A DNA stretch of 64,000 bases from an uncultured delta proteobacterium. Lineage in GTDB: Bacteria; Desulfobacterota; Binatia; Binatales; Binataceae. Numbering within the stretch: position 1 is the stretch's first letter; each line of letters begins with the position of its first letter. The stretch lies in the NCBI GenBank assembly GCA_963808235.1, contig CAWEEQ010000004.1, forward strand, positions 96,001-160,000. Reading direction: 5' to 3'. This document shows, piece by piece, positions 48,802 to 59,882 of this stretch. Both the position numbers and the translations under genes were made by a program. The notes below the pieces were generated by a model, which saw nothing but the letters and a program-made list of their open reading frames with translations, had not been told where the DNA came from and ran no database searches.

Positions 48802-49200
48802 ATGGAAATACCGCTCCGAGTCGCGGAACTCGATCACGTTGTGCTCCGATGCCGCGATCAGAATCGCGCCTACGATTTTTACACACGCGTCCTGGGGCTC
48901 AGCGAAGAGCGGCGGATCGAGCAGATCGGACTCATCCAGCTTCGCGCCGGCCGGAGCATGATCGATCTGGTTCCCGCGACCCATCCGCGCGTCGAGGACG
49001 GTCTCAACGTCGATCATGTGTGCATCGGTATCGAGGCGCGCGATTTGCACGAGGTCGCGCGCTACCTGCGCGAGCACTCGGTCGAAGTGATCGGTGAGCC
49101 TGCGATGCGGTACGGCGCACGCGGCGCGGGGCTGTCGATCTACGCGCGCGATCCTGAGGGCAACGTCATCGAGCTGAAGCAGATGCCGCCGGCGTCGTAA
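48802..49200 (+). CDS. VOC/glyoxalase family protein
   Basis: LDHVVLR, DHVC, RYGARG, YARDPEGNVIELK. Confidence 0.88.
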   Translation: MEIPLRVAELDHVVLRCRDQNRAYDFYTRVLGLSEERRIEQIGLIQLRAGRSMIDLVPATHPRVEDGLNVDHVCIGIEARDLHEVARYLREHSVEVIGEPAMRYGARGAGLSIYARDPEGNVIELKQMPPAS

Positions 49201-49362
49201 AATTGCACGCGCGGCTCGGGTCGCGCAGCACGCCTTTTTTCTGATAAGCAGAACTGTCGCCCGTCCACTCTTGAGGGCGCAGTAGCCAACCGCCGAACTT
49301 GTTTTTGGCGAGCGCGCAATTAGAATCGAGCCGTTTGAGGCCCGCGGAGGGGAATTCCGACG

Positions 49363-50520
49363 ATGACCATAACCAGTATTCAAGCCAGGCGCGCAATGCT
49401 CATGGCTGCCATGATTTGCGGATTTTTTGCCGCGGGATGCCAGGGCAAGACGCCCCAGCGTGCGGCCGAAAATTATCTTGGCAATCTGAAACTGTACAAC
49501 TATCCATTCTGCTACCAGGCGCTCTCGCATCAGGATCAGGTCGATCGCACGATCGATCAGTTTCTTGGCGAAGTTCCCATGGCACCCGACGTGAGTAAGG
49601 ACTGGTTCAAAGGGATACTCCGCGCCTACGATTATAAAGTTGGCGATGCGAAGACTGAAGCCGACAAGGCGATCGTCACCGTCAGCGTGACCCGGCCCGA
49701 TCTAGCGCTCTGGGAGCGGACGGTAGACGCTGGCATCAGCGGCGATACCGCGCCGGAGTCGGTCGCGCAAAAGAACCTGACCGACAACAGTTATCCGAAG
49801 GTCACTTACGACGACAACATGGTGATGGTAAACCAGGGCGGCGACTGGCACTTGTTCGTCGATTTTCCGTTCAAGGAAAACATCCGCAAGGAACATACCG
49901 ATGCTGTCGACCTCTATCATAAGCATGACTATGACAAGGCGATCGCGGCCTATCAGAAAATCATCGACGAACTCGACAAGGAGCAAGCCACCGGCAACGC
50001 GGGACTCAAGTGGCAGTACAGCCGCGAGCTGGCCGACATTCAGAACGCACAGAAGCAGCTCCCTGACGCGCAGGCCTACATTCCGAAAATTGTGCTTAGC
50101 AACGTCGATATGAGGATGTCAGCCTCGCGGGTGCCGGGCATCTTCGGCAAGATGACCAATAGCGGCGACAAGGCGCTCGACGAAGTTCAATTCACGGTCA
50201 CCTACTACGAGGGCAAGGGAAAGAACAAAAAGGCGGTGCTGACCGAAGTGCATACTCCGGTCGCGACGGCGCTCGAGTTCACGAATTTTGGGCATCCGGT
50301 GCTGCCCTTCGTTCCCGGTGAAACGCGAACCTTCGGGTTCCGTCTCACCGCGCCGACCGACGTGCAGATGAAGGCGTCGCCGGACCTGACCGTGACGTCG
50401 ATCGTATTCACGCAATCCAGCGCGCCGCTGCCGAAGCCCGCCGCGCCATCGCCGTCGCCGGCCGCATCGCCCGGCGCTAGCGCGGCAGCCGCGGCGCCGT
50501 CTCCGGCAGCTCCGCACTGA
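49363..50520 (+). CDS. Lipoprotein with TPR-like middle and C-terminal beta domain
   Basis: Lipobox AAGC, DYDKAIAAYQK, GKMTNSGDK...PGETRTF, Pro/Ala tail. Confidence 0.75.
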   Translation: MTITSIQARRAMLMAAMICGFFAAGCQGKTPQRAAENYLGNLKLYNYPFCYQALSHQDQVDRTIDQFLGEVPMAPDVSKDWFKGILRAYDYKVGDAKTEADKAIVTVSVTRPDLALWERTVDAGISGDTAPESVAQKNLTDNSYPKVTYDDNMVMVNQGGDWHLFVDFPFKENIRKEHTDAVDLYHKHDYDKAIAAYQKIIDELDKEQATGNAGLKWQYSRELADIQNAQKQLPDAQAYIPKIVLSNVDMRMSASRVPGIFGKMTNSGDKALDEVQFTVTYYEGKGKNKKAVLTEVHTPVATALEFTNFGHPVLPFVPGETRTFGFRLTAPTDVQMKASPDLTVTSIVFTQSSAPLPKPAAPSPSPAASPGASAAAAAPSPAAPH

Positions 50521-50585
50521 TCGAGTTCGGCCATGGCGTTCGGCTATTATGATGCAGGCGCGGCTCCAGGCGCGCACTCAACGCA

Positions 50586-51488
50586 TTGGCGACGACACTC
50601 ACCATCTCGATTCCCACGCACAATCGCGCTGCCACGCTGCGCGAAACGCTCGCCAGTGTCGCGGCGCTCGCGATTCCCGCGGATGTCGATGCCGATTGCA
50701 TAGTCGTCGACAACGGCTCGACCGATGACACTGCCGGAACTATCGAGGCCTTCGCGCGCGCCGCATCGATGCGCGTGCGCCGCGTCTTCGAAGCGCGCCT
50801 CGGTTCGAGCTTCGCGCGGAATCGCGCCGTCGCAGAAACCACGTCGGACTTCATCTTCTTTATCGATGACGACGTGATCGTCGAGCACGATTGGGCCGCC
50901 GAACTTCTTGCCAGCATCCGCAGTCGCGAGCTTGACGCCGCGTGCGGGATGGTTCTGCCGCGATGGTCCTCGCCGCCGCCGGATTGGCTAGGCCCGAGCT
51001 TGTGGGTCAAGCTTGCCGTTCACAACCAGCACGCAATCGCCGCGTCGGCTCCTGAAGCCGTCGAGCAGCTGGTCAACTATTTCAGCGCCAACGTCGGATT
51101 CAGACGCACCACGTTCGAGCGTTACGGAAATTTCCGCGAGGATCTTGGCGTGGTCGGTGGCAACCCTATTTCCGGCGAGGACACTGAGCTGTTCGCGCGC
51201 ATCATCGGGCGTGGCGGCGCGATCGGATTCGCCTCACGCGCGATCGTGCATCATCTGATTCCGCCGGAGCGGATGACCCGCGCGTACCTGCGCCGCAAGA
51301 GTTTTGCTTACGGCGTCGGCAGCGCGTTTGCCGGCGGCAGGACTCACAATCGTCTCGATAAACTGTTCCGCAACGCGATCAGGATGGCTGCGGCCACCGT
51401 GCGCGGAGACCCGGAGCGCGCCATCTATCACGAGCTCGAATGCGCAAATTTTTTTGGCTACTGGCGTGGCCGCATGCTTGCGCGATAA
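50586..51488 (+). CDS. GT2 glycosyltransferase
   Basis: SIPTHNR, VVDNGSTD, ARN, FIDDD, GED. Confidence 0.92.
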   Translation: MATTLTISIPTHNRAATLRETLASVAALAIPADVDADCIVVDNGSTDDTAGTIEAFARAASMRVRRVFEARLGSSFARNRAVAETTSDFIFFIDDDVIVEHDWAAELLASIRSRELDAACGMVLPRWSSPPPDWLGPSLWVKLAVHNQHAIAASAPEAVEQLVNYFSANVGFRRTTFERYGNFREDLGVVGGNPISGEDTELFARIIGRGGAIGFASRAIVHHLIPPERMTRAYLRRKSFAYGVGSAFAGGRTHNRLDKLFRNAIRMAAATVRGDPERAIYHELECANFFGYWRGRMLAR

Positions 51489-51491
51489 CGC

Positions 51492-51905
51492 TCACGCTTT
51501 CACATAGTCGAGCATTCCGCGCTTCAGAATCGCGGCGAGATACGGAATCAGCTCGAGATCCTTCATCTCCGCGAGAGTCACCCATCGATGCTCGACGTGC
51601 TCCTCGGGCCGCAGCCGCACAGCCTGGAACACCGTGAGCCGGCACGCGTAGAACGCCTGCATGTAAGGCTCCGAGACCATACTGTGCAGGCCAAGCATCC
51701 GCTCGATCGAAACGTCGAGCGCGGTTTCCTCCTTGACCTCGCGAATCAGGCATTCCTCGAAGTTCTCGCCGAGCGCGAGATGCCCGCCCGGCAGATCCCA
51801 ACTCCCGGGACGATAATTCATTCCCGGCGCGCGCATCAGCACCAGCACCCGGCCGCGATTTGCGATCACCCCGTGGATGCCCACATAAAATTGCTGCTCC
51901 GCCAT
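51492..51905 (-). CDS. Nudix hydrolase
   Basis: WDLPGGHLALGENFEECLIREVKEETAL Nudix box. Confidence 0.9.
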   Translation of the reverse strand: MAEQQFYVGIHGVIANRGRVLVLMRAPGMNYRPGSWDLPGGHLALGENFEECLIREVKEETALDVSIERMLGLHSMVSEPYMQAFYACRLTVFQAVRLRPEEHVEHRWVTLAEMKDLELIPYLAAILKRGMLDYVKA

Positions 51906-52004
51906 CCGCGATCAAACTAACTGTACGCGCCTCGTCTCGCCACCCGGAGATTGTCGGCGATGATCCTCCCGCAGTAGGATTTGCTCGACTTCAGAGGTGA
52001 GCGC

Positions 52005-53234
52005 ATGAAGAAATCCGATTTCTACCGCGACGCGCGCAAGGATCTCACCGGTCCGCTCGACGGCATCCGCGTGATCGATGCGACCACGAGCTGGGCGGGT
52101 CCGATGTGCGCGTGCATCCTCGCCGATCTCGGCGCTGACGTGGTCAAGATCGAGGCGCGCGAAGGCGAAGTCGCGCGGCGCATTCCGCCTGCTCTTCCCG
52201 GTCACGACGCGCAGATCGGATTCGCGCATGCAACCGTCAATCGCAACAAGCGCAGCCTGACGCTCGATCTGCGCAAGCCCGAGGGCGTCGAGATTTTTCT
52301 GAAACTCGCGGCGCGCTCCGACATTGTGGTGCAGAACTTTCGTCCCGGCACGTTTGAAAAGTGGGGCATCGGTTACGACCACGTGCGCGCGGTCAAGCCC
52401 AATATCATCTACGTTTCGATCAGCGGCTACGGCCAATTCGGACCGATTCATGACCGCGTCGCTTACGATCCGCTCGCGCAAGCGATGAGTGGGTTCGTTT
52501 CGCTGAGCGGCAGTCCCGACGCGCCGCCGACCAAGGCGCCGACCTGGCTATGCGACGATCTCGGCGGATTGCACGGTGCGATCGGCGCGCTGGCCGCGCT
52601 GCGTCATCGCGATCGCACCGGCGAAGGTCAGCACATCGACGTCGCGATGCTCGACGCGATGCTCTTTCAGTCCAACGGCAATCTGACCCTGGCCGCGATG
52701 GGTCTCGAACTGAAGCGCTGGGGCAATGAGATTCCGTTCTCGGTTCCGACCAATACTTATCAATGTCGCGACGGCCTGGTGATGGCGGGGGTGCTGCTCG
52801 ACACGCACTGGAAGGTGATGGCGCGGATGGCGGGGCGCGACGATCTCGCCGACGATCCCGGCTACGCGACGATTCTCGGCCGCATGAACCATCGCGACGA
52901 GTGCAACGCGATGGTTGCGCGATGGTGTGCGGCGCGGACTGTCGATGAAGCCGTGGAGGCGTGCGCGAAAGAGGGCATCCCGTGCGCGAAGGTCCGAACC
53001 TACGCCGAAGCCGCGCGCTGTCCGCACACGATTGAGCGCGACATGGTGCAGCAGGTCGTGCAGGAAGATGGCAAGCTCGCGCCGATCACCGGTCCGGCGG
53101 CAAAGTTCTCGCGCACGCCGACGCGTGTTCGAAGCGGCGCTGCGGCTCTGGGAGCGCACACGGAGGAAATCCTGGCGGAACTGGGAGTCGATTCCGTTGC
53201 ACGCCGGCGCCTGCGCACAAATGGAATAATCTAA
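52005..53234 (+). CDS. CaiB/BaiF family III CoA transferase
   Basis: GPLDGIRVID, AGP, NRNKRSLTLDL, ISGYGQFGP, LGAHT. Confidence 0.93.
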   Translation: MKKSDFYRDARKDLTGPLDGIRVIDATTSWAGPMCACILADLGADVVKIEAREGEVARRIPPALPGHDAQIGFAHATVNRNKRSLTLDLRKPEGVEIFLKLAARSDIVVQNFRPGTFEKWGIGYDHVRAVKPNIIYVSISGYGQFGPIHDRVAYDPLAQAMSGFVSLSGSPDAPPTKAPTWLCDDLGGLHGAIGALAALRHRDRTGEGQHIDVAMLDAMLFQSNGNLTLAAMGLELKRWGNEIPFSVPTNTYQCRDGLVMAGVLLDTHWKVMARMAGRDDLADDPGYATILGRMNHRDECNAMVARWCAARTVDEAVEACAKEGIPCAKVRTYAEAARCPHTIERDMVQQVVQEDGKLAPITGPAAKFSRTPTRVRSGAAALGAHTEEILAELGVDSVARRRLRTNGII

Positions 53235-53258
53235 TCGCGCGGCATGGCGCGGATTTTC

Positions 53259-54820
53259 TTATCGGCCGAATCCGCCGCCGCCGGGAGTCTCGATTCGAAT
53301 CCGCTCGCCGGCTTTGAGATCTATATTGGTCTTGCCCGGCAACTTGGTTCGCCGTTTTCCGCGCGCGACAAAATTCCTGCCGGTCGCGCCCGGACCTCCG
53401 CCCGCCAGTCCGTAAGGCGCGAGCGTGCGCCGTTCGGTGAGCACGCTCACGTTCGAATCCACGATGCACTCGAGCTCGCGAATCAACCCGTCGCCGCCGC
53501 GCGATCGTCCTCGTCCGCCTGAGCCGCGCCGGATTCGATACTCGGTGACCCGCATCGGATAGTACGCCTCGAGCGCTTCGATCGGCGTATTCAGCGTGTT
53601 GGTCATGTGAGTGTGAATCCCCGACGCACCGGGACGATCCTTCGCCGCGCCCGCGCCGCCGGCAATAGTTTCGTAATATGAAAAGTGGCGATCGCGAAAT
53701 CGATCGAAACCGCCGACCGTGAGATTCGACATCGAGCCCGAACTGGCCGCCGGAATCCGATCCGGCGCGGCGTGTGCGAGCGCACGAAAGAGCACATCGA
53801 CAATCCGCTGCGAGGTCTCCACGTTTCCGCCCGCGACCGCTGCAGGAGCCAACGCGTTGACGATCGAACCGGGCGGTGCAACGAGACGGATCGGTCGCAT
53901 CAAGCCTTCGTTGGCAGGCACCGCTTCCGACGCAAGACACTTCATCACGTAGAAAGTCGCGGACAGCGTGATCGCGTAGTTCGCGTTTACACTGCCGCGC
54001 ACCTGCGGCGCGGAGCCGGTGAAATCGACAAGCGCTTTGCCGCGCCCGATACGAACCGCGGCGCGAATCGGAATCGGGCCGGTGCCGAATCCGTCGTCGT
54101 CCAGAAAATCCTCGGCCCGGTAGGTTCCGGGTTTAAGCTCGCGTAGCGCCGCACTCATCAGCCGCGCCGCATAATCCTTGAGCGCGTCCATCGCGAGTGC
54201 GACCTTCGCGCGCCCCGACGTTTTCACCAGCGCGAGCAGCCGCTCAGCTCCCACTGACAGCGCGGCGATTTGCGCGCGCAGGTCGCCCTCGCGCTCCTCG
54301 CGCACCCTGGTGTTGGCCAGAAACAGCGTCATCACGTCGCGCGCGATCTCGCCTGCCGTCACGATCTTCACCGGCGGCAATCGAAATCCTTCCTGGTAGA
54401 TCTCGGTCGCAAGCGCCATCGAGCCCGGTGCGATACCGCCGATGTCCGCATGATGAGCCCGATTCGCCGCGTATCCGAACGGCCGGCGCTCGTTGCCGAT
54501 AAAATCGGCGCGACCAGCGTCAAGTCCGGAAGATGGGTTCCGCCCGCGAACGGATCGTTCAGCGCCGCGATATCGCCGCGGCCGAGATCGAGACTCGCGA
54601 TCGCCGCGCGCACCGAGAGCGGCGTCGAGCCGAGATGCACCGGGATATGCGCGGCCTGCGCGACCAGCTCTCCGCGCGCGTCGAAAATCGCGCACGAGAA
54701 ATCGTGGCGCTCTTTTATATTCGGCGAGAACGCGGTCTGGCCGAGCACCACGCCCATTTCCTCGGCGATCGCGGCGAGCCGATTGTTCATCACCGCAAGC
54801 GTGATCGGATCGAGCTTCAT
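53259..54820 (-). CDS. Hydantoinase B/5-oxoprolinase subunit, frameshifted
   Basis: DPITL, FSPNIKERHDFSC, NDPFAGGTHLPD, then HHADIGG, EIYQEG, NTPIE, TPGGGGFG; shift near 54495. Confidence 0.9.
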
Positions 54821-56793
54821 CGCGTCATCTCCAGGTGAAGATTTCCGAAGTCGTCGGCGCGCAAGGTAAATTCGGGCGCGACGTAGGCGGTCGAGCTCAG
54901 CTCGACTACAACCAGCGGACCTCTGATTCGCGCGCCTGCTCCGATCGCCTCGCGATCGTAAATCGGGACCATCCGCTCGCGCTCGCCGACGATCGTTTTT
55001 CCGCGTGAAATCGGCCGGGGCGCTCCGGGCCGGCGCCCAATTCGTTTCGACCTGGCGCGCGATTGCGCGGCGGTCGCACGAATCCGGATATTAACGACCT
55101 CGACAGCGGCGCCGGGCGAAGAGTGTCCAAACGTTCGCCGATGCGCGGAATGAAAATCCGCTGCGAAGTGGGGCGATAGCGCGATTTCGAGCTCGTACGA
55201 CTGTCCTCGATAACGCGCATCGACCCGCAGCTCGTGACGAATCGCGCTCCCGCCGTCGGCTTTCAGCTCGGCGCGTGCGCGGCGGACGAGTCCCGATGCG
55301 CGCGCGAGCAAGCGTCGATATTCTGGATTGGTCTCGCGCACCGTCAGCGAATATTCGCGCCCGAGCGGAGCGCCGGCGGCGCCCCACGCACAAAGCAAGC
55401 CGGGATTTCGCGGCATCACGATATGCCGGATGCCCAAATCGAGCGCCAGCTCGCAGGCATGCATCGGACCCGCTCCTCCGAATGCCAGCAGCGCGAAGTC
55501 GCGTGGATCGTAACCGCGCTCGACCGAGATTACGCGAATCGCGCGCTCCATGTTCGCGTTGACGACGCGGATTACTCCGCGCGCTGCGGCAGACGCGCTC
55601 GTTTTCATCCGATGCGCGAGTTCGCCAAGCGCGCGTGCCGCACGTTCCGGATGAAGTTTCATCCGCCCGCCCAGAAAATTTTCCGCAACCAGCCGTCCCG
55701 CGACCAGGTCCGCGTCGGTTACCGTGCACGAGTCACCGCGGCCGTAGCAAGCCGGCCCAGGATCCGCGCCCGCGCTCTCAGGGCCAACGTGAAGCGATCC
55801 TCCCGTATCGATCCGCGCGATCGATCCACCTCCGGCGCCGACGGTATGAATGTCGATCACCGGCGTGCGCACCGCGTATCCGTCAGGATGACTCAGCGTG
55901 CGGATCCGCGCGCGTCGATCGAACAGCGAGACATCGGTCGAGGTTCCGCCCATGTCGAAAGTGATGAACCGATCCGTGCCGAACTCGCGCGCGAGGCTTG
56001 CCGCTCCAATCACGCCCGCCGCCGGACCCGACAGGATCGTTCGCACCGGCTCATCACGCGCGATCGAGGTCCCAATCGCGGTGCCGTCGGATTGCATGAC
56101 TCTGAGCCGCGCGCGTTCGAGCCGCGTTTCCAGGTTCTTCAGATGCGACGACATCCGCGGCGCAACGTACGCGTTGACAACCGCGGTCGAGAACCGTTCG
56201 TATTCGCGATACTCGGCGAGAATACGATGCGACACGGAAACCGGCTTGCCAATCGGCGCGAGCGCACGGGCCAGGGACTCCTCGCTCTTCGGGTTGGCGT
56301 ATGAATGAAGCAGGCAGATTGCGAACGCCTGGGCGCCGCTTCGCGCAGCGAGCTGTCGCACTCGCGCGAGTTCGGCGCGAGTGAGCGCGCGAATTATGGT
56401 GCCATCGAACAGCGTGCGCTCCGCCACTCCAAAACGCATCGCGCGAGCCACCAGCGGCGCCGGCCGCGAAGGCGCCAGCGCGTACAGATCGTCGCGATTC
56501 TGACGTCCAATCTCGATCAGATCCTCAAAGCCTGCGTTGGTGATCAACGCGATGCGCGCGCCCTTTTTCTCCAGCAACGAATTGGTCGCGACGGTGGAAC
56601 TGTAGGTTACGGAATCCGGCGACGATCCGGCCAGCATCTCATGCAGACCGCGGATTACCGCGTCGGCGGGATCGAGCGGCGTCGAGAGCACTTTGTGTAC
56701 GCGAATCTCGTCGCCGATTATTGCGACCATGTCGGTGAACGTGCCGCCGGTGTCCACCCCGACGACGATCGTGCCAGCCGCGCGTCGCTTCAC
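54817..56793 (-). CDS. Hydantoinase A/5-oxoprolinase ATP-binding subunit
   Basis: VDTGGTFTD, SGPAAG, DMGGTSTD, GAGGGS, SAGADPGPACY, FGGAGPMH. Confidence 0.95.
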   Translation of the reverse strand: MKRRAAGTIVVGVDTGGTFTDMVAIIGDEIRVHKVLSTPLDPADAVIRGLHEMLAGSSPDSVTYSSTVATNSLLEKKGARIALITNAGFEDLIEIGRQNRDDLYALAPSRPAPLVARAMRFGVAERTLFDGTIIRALTRAELARVRQLAARSGAQAFAICLLHSYANPKSEESLARALAPIGKPVSVSHRILAEYREYERFSTAVVNAYVAPRMSSHLKNLETRLERARLRVMQSDGTAIGTSIARDEPVRTILSGPAAGVIGAASLAREFGTDRFITFDMGGTSTDVSLFDRRARIRTLSHPDGYAVRTPVIDIHTVGAGGGSIARIDTGGSLHVGPESAGADPGPACYGRGDSCTVTDADLVAGRLVAENFLGGRMKLHPERAARALGELAHRMKTSASAAARGVIRVVNANMERAIRVISVERGYDPRDFALLAFGGAGPMHACELALDLGIRHIVMPRNPGLLCAWGAAGAPLGREYSLTVRETNPEYRRLLARASGLVRRARAELKADGGSAIRHELRVDARYRGQSYELEIALSPHFAADFHSAHRRTFGHSSPGAAVEVVNIRIRATAAQSRARSKRIGRRPGAPRPISRGKTIVGERERMVPIYDREAIGAGARIRGPLVVVELSSTAYVAPEFTLRADDFGNLHLEMTR

Positions 56794-57740
56794 GACGCGC
56801 TCAGCAGAATTTTGAAATTGAGAGGTTTCGCGGCGGCCGCAAATGCCTCGACGCCGTCGTCGAGTGCGAAGGTCCCATCGATTAGCGGACGCGGGTCAAG
56901 TCTGTTCGATGCGAGTGCGTCGAGTGCGGGCGCAAAGCGGCCGCATCGCGAGCCGATCACCGTGATTTCATTTACCACCACCGGCGCCAGGTTGATTTCG
57001 GCGCCGGCCGCCGCGGTGCTCTTCAATATGATCGTGCCGCGCGGCTTGACCAGCTCGAGTGCGCGCGAAAAACCGGTTGCGCTTCCGCTGCATTCGATCA
57101 CGATATCGAAACGATCGCGCAGCGCCGGCTCTTGCGCAGTGTCGAGGCCAAGCGATTTTAGCCGCGCGAGTTTTTCAGGATGATGCCCCGCGACCAGCGG
57201 AAGATATTTCTCGCTCTTCAGAACGAGCGCGACGAGGCTACCGAGACGGCCGTCACCCGTCACAACTATCGTCCGGTTCCGACCGAGATGAATCTGCGCC
57301 AGGATTTCGTACGCAGCCGCGATCGGTTCGACGAAGACCGCAACTTCGTCGGGAATCGAATCCGGCACCGGAATCAGATTCGCATCCGGCAGCGCGAGAA
57401 ACTCCGCAAAAGCACCGTCGCGCCCGAGGATTCCGAGCACGGTCCGATCTGGACAATGACGCCCGAGGCCGGCGGCGCAACTGGCGCATCGACCGCATCC
57501 GGCGTTGATCTCGCCGACCACTCGCCGTCCGCGCAGCGCTGGATTTGAGGTGGACGCGACCCGGCCTACGAACTCGTGTCCCGGCACGCCGCGATACTTC
57601 ATGTAGCCGCGCGCGATCTCGAGGTCGGTGCCGCAGATTCCCGCGAGCGTAACGCGCACGACGCTCTCTCCCACTGCCTCGACGGGGTCGGGATAGTCGG
57701 CGCGAAACTCCAGTTTGCGATCGAATACGATTGCGCGCAT
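56790..57740 (-). CDS. Zn-dependent MDR alcohol dehydrogenase
   Basis: GICGTD, GHEFVG, CGRCASC...C, GDGRLG; start MRAIVFD at 57740. Confidence 0.92.
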   Translation of the reverse strand: MRAIVFDRKLEFRADYPDPVEAVGESVVRVTLAGICGTDLEIARGYMKYRGVPGHEFVGRVASTSNPALRGRRVVGEINAGCGRCASCAAGLGRHCPDRTVLGILGRDGAFAEFLALPDANLIPVPDSIPDEVAVFVEPIAAAYEILAQIHLGRNRTIVVTGDGRLGSLVALVLKSEKYLPLVAGHHPEKLARLKSLGLDTAQEPALRDRFDIVIECSGSATGFSRALELVKPRGTIILKSTAAAGAEINLAPVVVNEITVIGSRCGRFAPALDALASNRLDPRPLIDGTFALDDGVEAFAAAAKPLNFKILLSAS

Positions 57741-57759
57741 GTGAGCGCACAATTGAAAC

Positions 57760-57791
57760 AAAAAAGCCGCGGGCTCGGCTACCCCACGGCT
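57760..57791 (-). terminator. Intrinsic terminator
   Basis: Minus strand AGCCGTGGG...CCCGCGGCT followed by a T run, after the FmdB-family gene. Confidence 0.7.
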
Positions 57792-57825
57792 GAACTGATC
57801 GGCAGAATTATCTAGAGCGGATGAA

Positions 57826-58227
57826 TCAGTCGGCTGCCTTTGCGGATGCCGCCTTGTCTGAAGATGACTTGGACCTCGACGCGGTTTTCGAATCAGCTGA
57901 ATTGTTGGAAGTCTTGGCTTCCGACGACTTGGTATCCGACGCGGGCTTCGAATCGCCCGACGGTTTCGCCGGCGTATCGCTCGACGATGCGTTACCGTTT
58001 GTCGCGCTCGCGCCTGACGACTCCGACGTGTCGCTGCCGCCCGTGGCCGCTTTCTTTGCGTAGTCGGTCGCGTACCATCCACTGCCTTTGAGGACGAACG
58101 ATCCGAGCGACATTTGCCGCTCGACCTTGCTCTTGCAGGTGGGACACTTCTTGAGCGACGGCTCGGTGATGCGCTGCATCGCTTCGAACACGCCGCATTT
58201 GGGACACTTGTACTCGTAGATTGGCAT
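57826..58227 (-). CDS. FmdB-family zinc-ribbon protein
   Basis: [12 protein letters not shown]...[17 protein letters not shown], Ser/Lys-rich tail. Confidence 0.92.
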   Translation of the reverse strand: MPIYEYKCPKCGVFEAMQRITEPSLKKCPTCKSKVERQMSLGSFVLKGSGWYATDYAKKAATGGSDTSESSGASATNGNASSSDTPAKPSGDSKPASDTKSSEAKTSNNSADSKTASRSKSSSDKAASAKAAD

Positions 58228-58352
58228 CGTAAAGTCGCGTCTGCTAATCGAAAAATCGCACGCCCTAGTCTCTAGGTAACCACCGGCGGGCTCGCAGTCA
58301 ACTCAAAGCGGTGATATTCGCCGTCGATTCGCCTTGCCGAGACTGGCAGAAC

Positions 58353-58703
58353 CTACTTCCGTTTGCCAATTTTTTCGGAGTTCGCGAGCTTGCGGAGTTG
58401 CGCCGCCGCTTTGCTCGGCTGATGGGTCACGATTCGAATGGTCTTGCGGCGCGAAGTTTCCCCGCGAACGATCATCAGCGCCGATCGCGGGAGACGCAGC
58501 TCGTCGGCCAGATACTCGATCAGTTCGGAATTCGCATTGCCTTTTTCGGGTGCGGAATTCAGCGCGATCACCAATCCGCCCGAACTCGCGCGAACGATTC
58601 CGCGCCGTGCCGCGCGCGGCTTGGCCGAAACTTCGATCGTCACCTCGTCGTCACTGACTCGCATCCAGGGTGTGTCGTCATCTGGAGCATTGCCCGACTT
58701 CAT
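58353..58703 (-). CDS. DUF167 (YggU) protein
   Basis: APEKGNANSELIEYLA, IVRGETSRRKTI. Confidence 0.88.
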   Translation of the reverse strand: MKSGNAPDDDTPWMRVSDDEVTIEVSAKPRAARRGIVRASSGGLVIALNSAPEKGNANSELIEYLADELRLPRSALMIVRGETSRRKTIRIVTHQPSKAAAQLRKLANSEKIGKRK

Positions 58704-58707
58704 CGGA

Positions 58708-59010
58708 TCACGTGATGGTGCCGGTCAGGGCCTGCACCGCGGTAGGAATCGCGTATCGCTGCAGGAACGAGATTCCGATGATTACAACTATCGGCGAGAA
58801 ATCGATTCCGCCGAAGTTTACCGGCAGGTGCTCGCGGATCCACTCGAAGAGCGGCTCTGTGACTGCGTAAATAAAGCGGACGATCGGGTTATATGGGTTC
58901 GGCTCGATCCACGTCATCAGCGCCGAAATGATCACCACCCAGAAGTAGAGCTGCAGCAAACCCTCTAGCGTTTGTGCGACGAAGATGATCAGGTTGGTCC
59001 AGGCGTACAT
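58708..59010 (-). CDS. yggT: YggT family membrane protein
   Basis: WIEPNPYNPIVRFIYAVTEPL, GIDFSPIV. Confidence 0.93.
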   Translation of the reverse strand: MYAWTNLIIFVAQTLEGLLQLYFWVVIISALMTWIEPNPYNPIVRFIYAVTEPLFEWIREHLPVNFGGIDFSPIVVIIGISFLQRYAIPTAVQALTGTIT

Positions 59011-59055
59011 GGAACAAGAGTCTTGCTAGCAGAAGCCTCGCAAGCAAGAGCCCAT

Positions 59056-59882
59056 CTAGTCAGTTCCGCGGCCAAGTTCGCGCGAGCGATCGCTGGCGGC
59101 GTGAATGGCGGCGGCGACGAGATCGGAAAATCCATGCTCGGCGAACCGGCGCAGCGCCGCCTCGGTGGTGCCGCCCGGCGAGGCGACGGCGCGGATCAAA
59201 TCGGCGGCGTCGCGTTTGGACTCGCGCATCAGATGCTCGGCGCCGCGAATTGTCTTCAGCGCCATCCGGATTGCGAGCTCGCGCGGAATCCCTTCGCTGA
59301 CCGCCGCATCGGCCATCGCCTTGGCGAACAGATACACGTAGGCAGGGCCGCTGCCGGAAAGCGCGGTGACAACATCGAGCAGCTTCTCATCCTTTAGCGA
59401 GACCGCGTCTCCGACCGCGCGAAAAATGCGCAGCGCGAGCGCCTCGTCGGCGGCCGACGCACCTCGCGCACGGACCATCGCAGCCATCCCGTGCCCGACC
59501 ATCGCGGGCGCATTGGGCATCACGCGAATCACGCGCGCGCGCTTGCCCAGCCCCGAAGTGAGCCGCGCGATCGTGACGCCGGCGGCAATGGAGATGAAGA
59601 GTTTGGACTTGCGCGGCGGTTTGGCAAGCTCGGCCGAGATTTCGGCCATCACCGCGTCGATAGTCTGCGGCTTGACCGCGAGAATGATGGCGTGCGAGTT
59701 CGCGGACGACTTCAGCATTTCGTCGGTGGTCGCAACTTTGAGCGTTCGCGCGAGCTTGCGCCGGCGTCGGGTGCGACATCGGACACGATGATGTCGCTCG
59801 CCTTAAACAGCTTGTGCGCGAGCAGGCCGTGAGAGAGCGCCTCGGCCATGTTGCCACCGCCGATGAATCCGAGCTTCTTCAT
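59056..59882 (-). CDS. proC: Pyrroline-5-carboxylate reductase, frameshifted
   Basis: [46 protein letters not shown]; shift(s) near 59720-59770. Confidence 0.92.

Noticed and set aside
56790-58082. 430-aa N-terminally extended dehydrogenase
   Set aside because: The extension overlaps the FmdB gene and its terminator; the real start is MRAIVFD at 57740
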